From the NCBI GenBank assembly GCA_016840085.1, contig JAEOTA010000081.1, forward strand, positions 1 to 64,000: a DNA stretch of 64,000 bases, in the 5' to 3' direction. The DNA comes from Promethearchaeota archaeon. Its GTDB lineage: Archaea; Asgardarchaeota; Lokiarchaeia; Sigyniarchaeales; SOKP01. Positions 43,239 to 52,472 of the stretch are shown here, piece by piece (the first letter of the stretch is position 1; every line of letters begins with the position of its first letter). The translations under genes and the position numbers were made by a program. The notes below the pieces were generated by a model that was given only the letters and a program-made list of their open reading frames with translations, did no database searches and had not been told where the DNA came from.

Positions 43239-44165
43239 TTAAGTATTAGATGCCCGAAAACTTCTTAGATGCTCCATCATCCCCGATCCAATTTCTCCAG
43301 TATCTCTATTTTTCATAATAACCATCTGTTCAAAAAGTTCAGTAAACCCTCCCTGAAAATTCCGAACAAACCGAATAAAAGAATTCTTTCTAATTCTTTC
43401 TGCTTTAATTTTTAATGTTTCTCCGTCTGATCCCGTAATAAAATATTCTGTCTTAAGGGGACTGTGAAATTGGTCATTATCATTAATTGTTTTAATATCT
43501 AATTCGGAAATAGGAATATTCCCTGATTTTTTTGAGATAGAACCAGATAAATCAAAATTATCACCTATATAATCTTTACGGAATCCACATGACCATTCTT
43601 TGAATTGAAAATGACCTGCATACCACTTATCAAACTGATGCCAATTTCGGAAACCCCAACTCTTATCTCGTTGTCCATGTCCATTTATATTTATAGTTGT
43701 CCCATCTTTCATTATTAAGATTCCTTTCACGATTCCTGATGCTTCAAAATGTTGTTGCCATGACGCAGAAGAATCCCTTCCAAAATAATATGTTGTAAAC
43801 CTAGTCTTAAATTGAATATTAATTTTTAATTTTCGAGAGTTATATATGATTTCCCATGTTTTAAATGGTTCAACTAACCTATAAGAAAGGTTTTTGTTCG
43901 AAAGCATGGTATTAATATCCTCCTCGTAATGATGAAGTGGTGGTTCTTTATAATAAACTTCATTTCTTTCTTTTAGAAATAGTAAAAATACGAATTCTCT
44001 TCTCTTTGCATTAGGGACTATCCCAATAGTTGAAAATCCTGAAACTTTATTTTCGATATCTACCCAATTAAAGTAATACGATTCTCGCCACTTTAGTTCA
44101 CTAGTTGGTTTGTGCAATAGTTCATCTATCTCAATTAAGGGTGAGTCTGATACTTTAGAATTCAT
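43239..44165 (-). CDS. AttH/tocopherol-cyclase-like beta-barrel protein
   Basis: WRESYYF, HFE..G, GQRDKSWG.R.W motifs. Confidence 0.65.
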   Translation of the reverse strand: MNSKVSDSPLIEIDELLHKPTSELKWRESYYFNWVDIENKVSGFSTIGIVPNAKRREFVFLLFLKERNEVYYKEPPLHHYEEDINTMLSNKNLSYRLVEPFKTWEIIYNSRKLKINIQFKTRFTTYYFGRDSSASWQQHFEASGIVKGILIMKDGTTININGHGQRDKSWGFRNWHQFDKWYAGHFQFKEWSCGFRKDYIGDNFDLSGSISKKSGNIPISELDIKTINDNDQFHSPLKTEYFITGSDGETLKIKAERIRKNSFIRFVRNFQGGFTELFEQMVIMKNRDTGEIGSGMMEHLRSFRASNT

Positions 44166-44170
44166 AGATC

Positions 44171-45328
44171 CTAATCCTCTGGTAATAAATAAAGTGATGG
44201 TCCTTCTTTCTTTTTCTTTGCTTTACTTCGAAAGAATCTTGGAATACCTGGGTCAAAATCACTTTCTAGGAATTCTGGTACATATTTATTCATTGTTTTA
44301 TCAGTAAGATTCCAATCTATTTCATCGGTTATACCCACATAATTAGTATATCTCGCATATCCATAACAATAAGCATAAGAACCTGCTATTAACCTCTGCT
44401 TTTTATCCCATTTAGAAAATTTTAAAAATAACTCCTTGTTTGCCTTAACAGCGTAATCGTTAAATTGATCTAAAATATCAAAATTAAGGGGAATTACATC
44501 ATTCCCTTCTCTCGTTAACAATGCAGCACCTGTAATATTATCCGTGAAATCAATGGGTTTTGATTCTAAAGATACAAATTCATCCAATTCTACTTCAACA
44601 TTTTTTAACCTTAAGACAAATGCAATATTTGTATAAGGTGCTTTTACTTCAGTGGCAGACCAAGAAAAATGGGGCTTCTCTCCATTATAAAGATGCAATA
44701 TTTCTCGAAATACTAAAATTTCATCTTCGTCTACTTTATAAGGGCCATGATCACATATTTTTGCTCTTGCCTCACATTCGTCCATATATGAAACCAATTC
44801 TATATTAGCCATCGTTCGTTTAATTTTCTTAGCTTGTTCTTTAGGAATATCAATAATTTGACCTAATGTCCAATCTATGTCTGATTGATCTAATGCAATA
44901 TTTTTTTTATCTGAATCAAATACAGATAATTTGTTATTTGGAAAATAGGATGATGCCAATCTTTTCCAAAAATCAAGTATGAACATCGTTTGTTTTCTTT
45001 TTTCCTCACTTTCACTCCTAGGATCTCCATTATTTCTTTGAATTTCCCCCATACGACCTGCCATATAATAGAGTGGAATGTAAAAAATACTTAATGCTTG
45101 AATTTCTGAAAGAATTTTTCTGCTTTCTTTTCCAATCTTTTCCGAAGTGGCTTTTTCTGATACTTTTTTTAATATATTATAAAGAATATCATATGAATTA
45201 TAAAAAGAAACACAAATATAAGCAGTAACAGGGAATAATTGTGATTCTAATAGACCTCTTTTGGAAACTTGGTAATCTATTAATTCAGAGGCGTGTTTAA
45301 TTATTTTATTAGCTTCTTGAACATTCAT
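44171..45328 (-). CDS. Hypothetical protein linked to the PEP-utilizing module
   Basis: ORF track; divergent from the swivel and ATP-grasp genes. Confidence 0.7.
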   Translation of the reverse strand: MNVQEANKIIKHASELIDYQVSKRGLLESQLFPVTAYICVSFYNSYDILYNILKKVSEKATSEKIGKESRKILSEIQALSIFYIPLYYMAGRMGEIQRNNGDPRSESEEKRKQTMFILDFWKRLASSYFPNNKLSVFDSDKKNIALDQSDIDWTLGQIIDIPKEQAKKIKRTMANIELVSYMDECEARAKICDHGPYKVDEDEILVFREILHLYNGEKPHFSWSATEVKAPYTNIAFVLRLKNVEVELDEFVSLESKPIDFTDNITGAALLTREGNDVIPLNFDILDQFNDYAVKANKELFLKFSKWDKKQRLIAGSYAYCYGYARYTNYVGITDEIDWNLTDKTMNKYVPEFLESDFDPGIPRFFRSKAKKKKEGPSLYLLPED

Positions 45329-45489
45329 AATTCTATTTAATTACATTATAGGTTGTTGATAATTATTCAACTTAACTATATTTAAAATTATTAACCCAAA
45401 TCGTTCTTTTTAATAAAATTTAAGTAAAATATAAAAAATAAAAGATCAATTAGCATCAATTATTTTGGATTCTATTAGGGATATAATAC

Positions 45490-45846
45490 ATGAAGAAAAT
45501 TGGTGAAGGCTTATCTTGTTCATCAAAAACAGAAGTTGCTGGTGAATTAGTCTATATTCAAACTATTGAAGATGTGATTAACCTGTTCGATAACGCTTCT
45601 GGAAAGATATGCATAGTTGAAGATGCAGGAATTACAACATTAAGTCCTATTTTATCAGAATTGGTAGGAACGATCTGTACTTCTGGTTCTGCTGGATCAC
45701 ATCTAGCTATTGTTTCTAGAGAATTTGGGATTCCTTGTATAATGAGTACTAAATTTTCAATCGATAATCTTTATACTTTAAACGGAAAACTCGCTAAAAT
45801 TGCTTTTGATGGAGAAGATAAAGGAATTCTCTATTTAAGTGAATAA
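45490..45846 (+). CDS. Stand-alone PEP-utilizing enzyme mobile (phosphohistidine swivel) domain
   Basis: GSAGSHLAIVSREFGIPCIM. Confidence 0.9.
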   Translation: MKKIGEGLSCSSKTEVAGELVYIQTIEDVINLFDNASGKICIVEDAGITTLSPILSELVGTICTSGSAGSHLAIVSREFGIPCIMSTKFSIDNLYTLNGKLAKIAFDGEDKGILYLSE

Positions 45847-45886
45847 TTCTTTATTTTATTACTATTAGATTTATAATGTTTGAAAA

Positions 45887-46864
45887 ATGACTTATGTGGA
45901 ATTCTTTTCAAATTCTAAACCAAATCCAAACTTATTTGGAGGGAAAGGTTCAAATTTAATTAAATTGCTTAAATTGGGCCTTAATATACCTCCTGGATTT
46001 ATTGTAAACACAGAATCATATAAGAAATTTCTTGAAGATTCACATTTAAAAGAACAAATATTTCAAATCCTTTCCACGGAATATGAACAGAAAGATGTTC
46101 TGGCTCTCTCAGAGAAAATAAAAAACCTATTTCAAGATTCAAAAATACCACAAAAAATTATAAATGAAATTAAAGAAGCTTATCAAATTACTCGCAAGAA
46201 AATTGGTAAAAAAATTTCTTTTTCTGTAAGATCCTCAGCCAATGTTGAAGATTTAAAAGATTTTTCATTTGCTGGCCAAGCTGAAAGTTTTTTAAATAAA
46301 AAAACCTTGGAAGAAATTTTAGAATCATTAAAAAATTGTTGGATATCCCTATTTTCACCTCGGGCATTACTTTATATTCTACAAACTCGAAAATATAATA
46401 AAGAAATTTCTTTAATTGACCTGAAAATGGCAGTGATTATTCAAAAAATGGTGTGCTCTCAAATATCAGGTGTTTTATTCACTGCTAATGTGTTAAACAA
46501 TTCTCAAAATCAGATGTTAATAAATTCTACATGGGGTCTAGGTGACACTATTACAAATGGTACTATTATACCAGATCTAATAGTTTTGAATAAAGAACCC
46601 TTTAATATCATAAAAAATGTGATAGGAAAAAAAGAAAAAAAGTCTATTCCTAACCCTTATGGTTGTTCCACAATTTTAATAGAAACAGAGCAAGAACTAC
46701 GAGATAAATGTTCTTTGAATGACTCACAATTACGGAATCTCTATGATCTTGGATTAAAACTAGAACACGGTTTTCATTACCCTCTAGATATTGAATGGGC
46801 TATAGAGAATAAAATCCTCTATACTTTACAATGTCGATCAATCACCACGTTAAGAAAAAGGTAA
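45887..46864 (+). CDS. Stand-alone PPDK/PEP-synthase N-terminal ATP-binding domain
   Basis: GGKGSNL, SVRSSA..ED...SFAGQ, QKMV...SGVLFT and DIEWA...LQCRSIT motifs. Confidence 0.9.
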   Translation: MTYVEFFSNSKPNPNLFGGKGSNLIKLLKLGLNIPPGFIVNTESYKKFLEDSHLKEQIFQILSTEYEQKDVLALSEKIKNLFQDSKIPQKIINEIKEAYQITRKKIGKKISFSVRSSANVEDLKDFSFAGQAESFLNKKTLEEILESLKNCWISLFSPRALLYILQTRKYNKEISLIDLKMAVIIQKMVCSQISGVLFTANVLNNSQNQMLINSTWGLGDTITNGTIIPDLIVLNKEPFNIIKNVIGKKEKKSIPNPYGCSTILIETEQELRDKCSLNDSQLRNLYDLGLKLEHGFHYPLDIEWAIENKILYTLQCRSITTLRKR

Positions 46865-46890
46865 TAAAAAGAGAAAAAATCTATATTTAT

Positions 46891-47346
46891 TCATTTTAAA
46901 AAAGTTCTTTTTCCTAAATAAATAAAAAGTTCTGATAACTCAAAAATAGTCAACGGCATAACCATTTGAGCCATACTTGTACGAAGATCTTCTTTGTCTT
47001 TACCAGCCAATATTAATTTCCGTATATCTTCAACATAATCATCCATATTCAAAAATAATATTTCTATTTTATCAACCCCTGTAAGTTCTTCAATATCCTT
47101 ATCCAGATGCTCCTCTACTTGATTAAGCAACCCTAACTTTATTTTTGGAGATAAATCATATTTGGTTATAAGACGATTACACTCTTCTATAATAATATTT
47201 AAACTTAAATTCCAATCAGCATTTTCCTTATATTTTGGAATAAGAATATCACTAATAATCACTTCAAAAAGAGTTCTTGGCGCTCTTTCATCAAAATCAA
47301 CTTGTTCCCCATTGCTCAATTCAACCTTAATAATTTGATCACTCAT
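46891..47346 (-). CDS. Hypothetical protein
   Basis: ORF track; SD-like GAGG upstream. Confidence 0.7.
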   Translation of the reverse strand: MSDQIIKVELSNGEQVDFDERAPRTLFEVIISDILIPKYKENADWNLSLNIIIEECNRLITKYDLSPKIKLGLLNQVEEHLDKDIEELTGVDKIEILFLNMDDYVEDIRKLILAGKDKEDLRTSMAQMVMPLTIFELSELFIYLGKRTFLK

Positions 47347-47695
47347 GCCTCATCTCAACTTGAATCGAAAATTGTGTTCTTAATAATTAATGGACTAATA
47401 TCTAATAAATATTTTCATAACTCAAACTGCTTTAAAACTTTAATAATCACTAAGTGTAGTTTTTCGATTAATTTGATAATATTAATTCTTTTGATTGAAC
47501 TCAATAACCTATTGACACTTATAGAGCTTGCCAAGAAAAGAAAATCAAAATTTGATGAATTAATAATACTTTATGATAAAGCTTCAGAAGAATTCGATAA
47601 ATTGAAGGTGACTGGTATTATAGGCGGATATATAGGAGATTTAGTCTAGGAATAAATTTAAATATGTTTTTTTTCCTTTTTATTATAGGAGCCAT

Positions 47696-48757
47696 ATGAA
47701 AATCTCAGAATTAATAAAATTATTATCAAAAGCAGCAGAGGGTAAGGACTCAATCGCTGAAGGAGCTGTAGGATCTAATTTCTTTGGCTTTGTTTTCAGG
47801 GATGTAGTTTTTGTGGAGGACCTCCTCGATCTAGGTTATTTAAGTCAATTTTGTAATGTTGGAACTATGCCGATGTTTCTACATAATTTCAGCGGGGACC
47901 CAGACGCTTTTTTTAAATATTCTGACTTAAGTTTTGATATTTCTTGTATTGGATCATTAAAGACTCTGGTTCCCACAATTAAGTTTTGTATGGATGATTT
48001 ATTATTTGAGGTCTGGATGTTAGTAAGGACGCCAAAAGGGGAGGTCTTTCCTGCTTCTTTTTACTATGGAAAATCACGTCTAGCCATTGGAGGTTGGAAT
48101 ATTAATACTATAGAATTATTTCATAAGATTAAATTTTATTTACCTAAGGAGCTTAACGAGTTTACAACAGTCAATCCTTTTGATTTCACGGTCGAGGAGC
48201 GAGACCATTTAGCAAGTTCTTTAGAATTAGCCCTTCAAAAAGTTAAACCATCTGATTTTGAAGTGACATTTAGAGACGAATATGGAGATATTTTTTTAGC
48301 TATTCAGGAGGGAATACCTGTTTTTAAAAGAATTAATGATGAAGATTATTGGCCTATTGAAATTATAGACCAAGGATCTTGGAGGTATTTAGATCTTTTT
48401 GAAGAATTAATTAAGGATCAGCTAACCTTAGATGATAAAAATAGATTAGAAGCAGATCTAACTTCTTTAGAATTTAGAACGCTCAGAAAAAATTTAATTA
48501 TGAAGTGTTACGATAAATTAATTGATCTTGCTTATCAACAGGGTTCTCGTCTTGCGTTTCAAGTGTTAGGAAAGTTACTTCTAAATGAGGGGATAAAGAT
48601 TTTCGATGATCTTAGAAGACTAATTCTAGATAATTCACGATGGATAGACGAACGCGACAAATTGAAGATGAAAAAAGATAGATGTAAAAGAAGAAATAAT
48701 TTAATTAATTTTAGAACAAGATTATTAAAGAACAAGGAGGATATGATTGCACAATAA
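47696..48757 (+). CDS. Paralog of 5035-5745 with an extra C-terminal helical domain
   Basis: Shared GSLKTL...FPASFYYGKS...GGW...PFDF...LELAL motif. Confidence 0.7.
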   Translation: MKISELIKLLSKAAEGKDSIAEGAVGSNFFGFVFRDVVFVEDLLDLGYLSQFCNVGTMPMFLHNFSGDPDAFFKYSDLSFDISCIGSLKTLVPTIKFCMDDLLFEVWMLVRTPKGEVFPASFYYGKSRLAIGGWNINTIELFHKIKFYLPKELNEFTTVNPFDFTVEERDHLASSLELALQKVKPSDFEVTFRDEYGDIFLAIQEGIPVFKRINDEDYWPIEIIDQGSWRYLDLFEELIKDQLTLDDKNRLEADLTSLEFRTLRKNLIMKCYDKLIDLAYQQGSRLAFQVLGKLLLNEGIKIFDDLRRLILDNSRWIDERDKLKMKKDRCKRRNNLINFRTRLLKNKEDMIAQ

Positions 48758-48831
48758 TTTTTAAAAAAGAAGATTAAGTTATTTGAGATTCATTTTTAAT
48801 TTATTCATCATAAAAGAGGTTAGATTTTATG

Positions 48832-48860
48832 TTTCCTTTTTTCACGTGAAAAAAAGGAAA
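48832..48860. promoter_or_regulatory. Near-perfect palindrome directly upstream of a TATA-like box
   Basis: TTTCC TTTTTT CACGTG AAAAAAA GGAAA followed by TTTTTATAAG. Confidence 0.45.
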
Positions 48861-48890
48861 TTTTTATAAGGGAAAAAAATTCAACATATT

Positions 48891-49063
48891 ATGATGAAAG
48901 AATCGGAACACCGTGATTTAAATATATTCTTATACCTAATGCCGAACAATCGGCTAACCTCAACCCTTAACCCTGAGCATCAGTTCTCTCGACTGGGCGG
49001 GTAATTATTAGATAAATACGTCTCCTCTTTTTGTTTTCAGTTTTTCGCGGTGTCCGCTTCTTT
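48891..49063 (+). other. Structured element (candidate ncRNA) containing a 37-aa ORF that ends in RLGG
   Basis: Closing helix AAAGAAtCGGA.CACCGTGA / TCGCGGTGTCCGcTTCTTT; internal hairpins; ORF 48891-49004; T-tract downstream. Confidence 0.4.
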
Positions 49064-49440
49064 ACTACTTCTTTTTTTTAATAAATTTTATGTTATTTTT
49101 ACGTTTTTTTTGTTTTTACTATTTAAAATCTAATACTGAAAAAATGGAAAATGCAAAAAAGAGACATAAAGGTCAATTACCTTTCTGTATATTGTCGAAA
49201 TTTTATAAAAAACATCTATATTTTATCATTTTCTAGTTTAAATTTTACATTTTTACAATTTAAACGAGACATAATCATAATCTTGAATTTTAGCATCAAA
49301 TTGGAACATAACTGTTTTTATAAATCTTGAGATTATTCTCATAAAAACATTCTTCAAAATTTTTTAATAGATACTTGGTTTCCGAGGATAAATAATGAAT
49401 TAACTGCTTAAATAAAGAATAACCCGTACTAGGTAAGAAT

Positions 49441-50634
49441 TTAGGGTTTAATTAAATTAGGAAGATATTTCTCATTAGATATTTCTATTAATGATTTTGT
49501 ATAATCAGTTATTTTTTTTGCGATTTCTGGATGGGATAGCATTTGAACTTCAATTTTTTCACCTCGATCCCATAATAAATAAGGAGTCTCTTCATATGGG
49601 ACATTTTCTTTAATTTCCTTTATCCAACTATCTGGTAATTCATTTTTTAATTGAACATCAAGCATTTTAGCTAAAAATAAAGTCCAAGCTCGTGGAACTA
49701 CAGATATTAAATAACCACCTCCTCCAAATGCTACCCATCTATTTTGACAAAATTCACGAGCACTAGTTTTGATTGTTTGAGCAATATCTCTATATGCTGC
49801 TATTGAAAGACCCATTTCAGTTAATGGATCATTGAAATAAGTATCTACACCTAACTGAGTAAATAATATATCGGGAGAGTATGCTTCTAATAGTTTAGGA
49901 ACGGTTTTTCTAAATAGATTTATAAAATTCTTATTATTTGTGCTAGGAAGCAAGGGAAAATTAATAGAATAACCTTTTCCCTTTCCTTCTCCGTTTTCAT
50001 TAATAAAACCTGTACCTGGAAAAAGAAATCTTCCATCTTGATGAAAAGATATTTTTAAAACATTAGGATCATCATAAAACAACCATTGAACACCATCTCC
50101 ATGATGACAATCAATATCTAAATAAGCTATTCTTATATCTTTTTGCAAATTTTGAAGGTGTTTTATTGCAACTCCAATATCATTAAAAATGCAAAAACCT
50201 GAAGCTTTATTTCTTAATGCATGATGAAGACCGCCAGCGGGATTAAACGAAACTTTAAAATCCTCTTCATTCCAAACTTTTTCTGCTGCTAAAATACTTG
50301 CACCACAGACTAAAGCAGATGCTTCATACATACCCTCAAATGCAGGAGTATCTCCGGGACCTAGTCCATAAATATAGGGAGAAATTGTGTTATCTCTTGG
50401 ATTTTCGCTCAATTTCCTAACAATATTGACATATTCTAGGGAATGAATTCGTTCTAATTCATTATTCGTGGCCATCCGAGGTTTTATTATCTCTAATCTG
50501 CTACTATTTAAAAGATTTAATTTATCCATAAGGCTGTATGTAAATTTGAGCCTTAGAGGTCTAAAGGGATGATCCTTTCCAAAATTATATTTCTGATATT
50601 CATCTGTATAAATTAGACCAACTCTATCGACCAT
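49441..50634 (-). CDS. Class I HDAC / AcuC-like deacetylase
   Basis: HPFRPLR, GGLHHA...SGFCIFND, DIDCHHGDG, FPGTG, GVD...DPL and GGGGY motifs. Confidence 0.95.
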   Translation of the reverse strand: MVDRVGLIYTDEYQKYNFGKDHPFRPLRLKFTYSLMDKLNLLNSSRLEIIKPRMATNNELERIHSLEYVNIVRKLSENPRDNTISPYIYGLGPGDTPAFEGMYEASALVCGASILAAEKVWNEEDFKVSFNPAGGLHHALRNKASGFCIFNDIGVAIKHLQNLQKDIRIAYLDIDCHHGDGVQWLFYDDPNVLKISFHQDGRFLFPGTGFINENGEGKGKGYSINFPLLPSTNNKNFINLFRKTVPKLLEAYSPDILFTQLGVDTYFNDPLTEMGLSIAAYRDIAQTIKTSAREFCQNRWVAFGGGGYLISVVPRAWTLFLAKMLDVQLKNELPDSWIKEIKENVPYEETPYLLWDRGEKIEVQMLSHPEIAKKITDYTKSLIEISNEKYLPNLIKP

Positions 50635-50843
50635 TATAGTTATTAAAATTTAACCTCCTATTAATCTTTTTAAAGTATAAATTATAAGTTTATCTCAATC
50701 TTCTCTTGTATAAATCGTATTTTTTAAACAGAAGTAATAATATTTAAGAGAGGTGTATTATCAAAATATTATAAGAAAAAATAAATATTTGCAAAAAAGT
50801 TCATATAAAGATAATTCTTTTAAAGATAACCTATGCTTTAACC

Positions 50844-51398
50844 ATGTCCCAAGTATTTAAGAGTTTTTTAGATCGAGTTGCTCGTGAATCTGAATTTAAG
50901 CCGCTTAAGAATCAATTACTCAATTATTTAAAAAAAGAGAGTGAAAATAAATACAAAAACTATCCCAGATTATTAGAATTAATGAAAAATTATTGGCCTA
51001 AATATCAAGACCGTTCTCGTATTTCTCATCTTTTAAAAGATCATTATGAAGAGATTTTTACTTTTTATTTGAATAGTTTTTTTCATTTTCGAAAGCGGGG
51101 ACTTTCATATTTAGAACCAGAAGCCCCAACTCCAGTTGATTTTAAGCTCGTTTTCAAATATCATTATAATTCTAAAGAGATTGAGGTTGTTGAGGAAATA
51201 ATGAAAAAGCAAAAGATTGAAGGAAATACAGAATCGATACTAAAGCGAGTTTTTATTTTTGCTATTAGTTCTTTTGGTTTTATGGTTGAGCAAATATTTG
51301 AAAGGCCATTTGCCTTTCAATTTTTTGATATTACTTCAAATCTTCTTCCTAATAATGAATATGAAGTAATTGCTATTATATCTGGAAGAGAACAATAA
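50844..51398 (+). CDS. Hypothetical protein
   Basis: ORF track. Confidence 0.6.
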   Translation: MSQVFKSFLDRVARESEFKPLKNQLLNYLKKESENKYKNYPRLLELMKNYWPKYQDRSRISHLLKDHYEEIFTFYLNSFFHFRKRGLSYLEPEAPTPVDFKLVFKYHYNSKEIEVVEEIMKKQKIEGNTESILKRVFIFAISSFGFMVEQIFERPFAFQFFDITSNLLPNNEYEVIAIISGREQ

Positions 51399-51422
51399 AA
51401 AACTGTTGTTTATATTTATTAG

Positions 51423-51854
51423 CTATTTGTTATTGCTTAAAAATGAACTTAAATCCATGATATCATCGCCTCTTTTAACTTGGATCTTGCTTTTAATTCC
51501 TTTAATTTTTCGTTCTAGAAACATAATAGCATCAAGCGGAATTCTTCTAGGAATTCCTCCTCTTTGTCTAATAATCGCTAATAGATAGTCTATATTTTGC
51601 AGTACATCTGGACTTATCAATTCATTATATATTGCTTGGTAGACATTTGACTCTCTAACTTTTAAATTGTTCAAGTGATTGTATGCTTCAGGGGCTAATA
51701 CTACTTTTAATATAAATTCGATTTTTTCTGACATCGAAACGACTTTATCTTTTACTACATCTTGTTGCCTTTTAGCTTCCATTAATGCTTTCATTTTTCT
51801 CATGCGAATTTTTTCTAGTTCATGTTGTTCAAAGTTTCTATTAGTTTCATTCAT
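51423..51854 (-). CDS. PDCD5-like DNA-binding protein
   Basis: ELEKIRMRKM...ILKVVLAPEA...KIQVKR. Confidence 0.75.
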   Translation of the reverse strand: MNETNRNFEQHELEKIRMRKMKALMEAKRQQDVVKDKVVSMSEKIEFILKVVLAPEAYNHLNNLKVRESNVYQAIYNELISPDVLQNIDYLLAIIRQRGGIPRRIPLDAIMFLERKIKGIKSKIQVKRGDDIMDLSSFLSNNK

Positions 51855-52030
51855 TTTCTTATCTATCTCTGTTATTTTGTTCTATTAATTATAGTTTAAT
51901 TTAAGATATACATCTTGTCATTAATTTGTTAAATTAAAACTCAATAAATAAATAATGGTGGCTAAAATAATAATTTTTTGAAGAAAAATTCCTTTTTCTT
52001 CTAATAATTAAATCTTAAAATTAGTAAAAA

Positions 52031-52190
52031 TGGTCCCTCCCCCCGGAATCTAGCTAGATCTGAAGTAGATCCGTATTTCGAGCCGGGGACCGCTCGGTTT
52101 CAATTTCGGCTGACGTAACTTCATTAGCTACCAGCTTTAGTACGCGATATTATCTACAGCCGAGCACTCTGACCACTGAGTTAGGGAGGG
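52031..52190 (-). tRNA. tRNA-Tyr(GTA) with two introns, 37/38 (52099-52153) and 59/60 (52048-52076); CCA encoded
   Basis: Spliced 76-nt cloverleaf: CCCTCCC/GGGAGGG-A-CCA, ACTC/GAGT, CTCGG-CTGTAGA-CCGAG, CCCGG-CTCGAAT-CCGGG. Confidence 0.9.
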
Positions 52191-52472
52191 GATGTGTTTT
52201 AAAATTATATAATAATTTAATTAATTTATTTTTTATGATTTTCAATTTAGAGTAAATAATAACAAGAATTATTTTATTCTATACTTTTTTTAATACTCAT
52301 AAATAACCCTCTTTTGTTTAAGAAAACTTATTAAACAAAAAATTTTCCTATATTATTAACATAAAAATTTCCAATAAAAGATCGCAAAATACTTTTGTTG
52401 TGAAAAATTTAATTAATTAATGAATAGTTTTATAAAATTAAACTAATATTTTTTTAAGAAAGGTGATGAATA

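Noticed and set aside
47302-47480. 5' part of ORF 47302-47649 as a real gene
   Set aside because: Overlaps the start and promoter of the divergent gene; only the 3' part looks like a coding remnant
48954-48977. CTAACCTCAACCCTTAACCCTGA resembles a telomerase RNA template
   Set aside because: Short, imperfect and low-complexity, with no reverse transcriptase in the window
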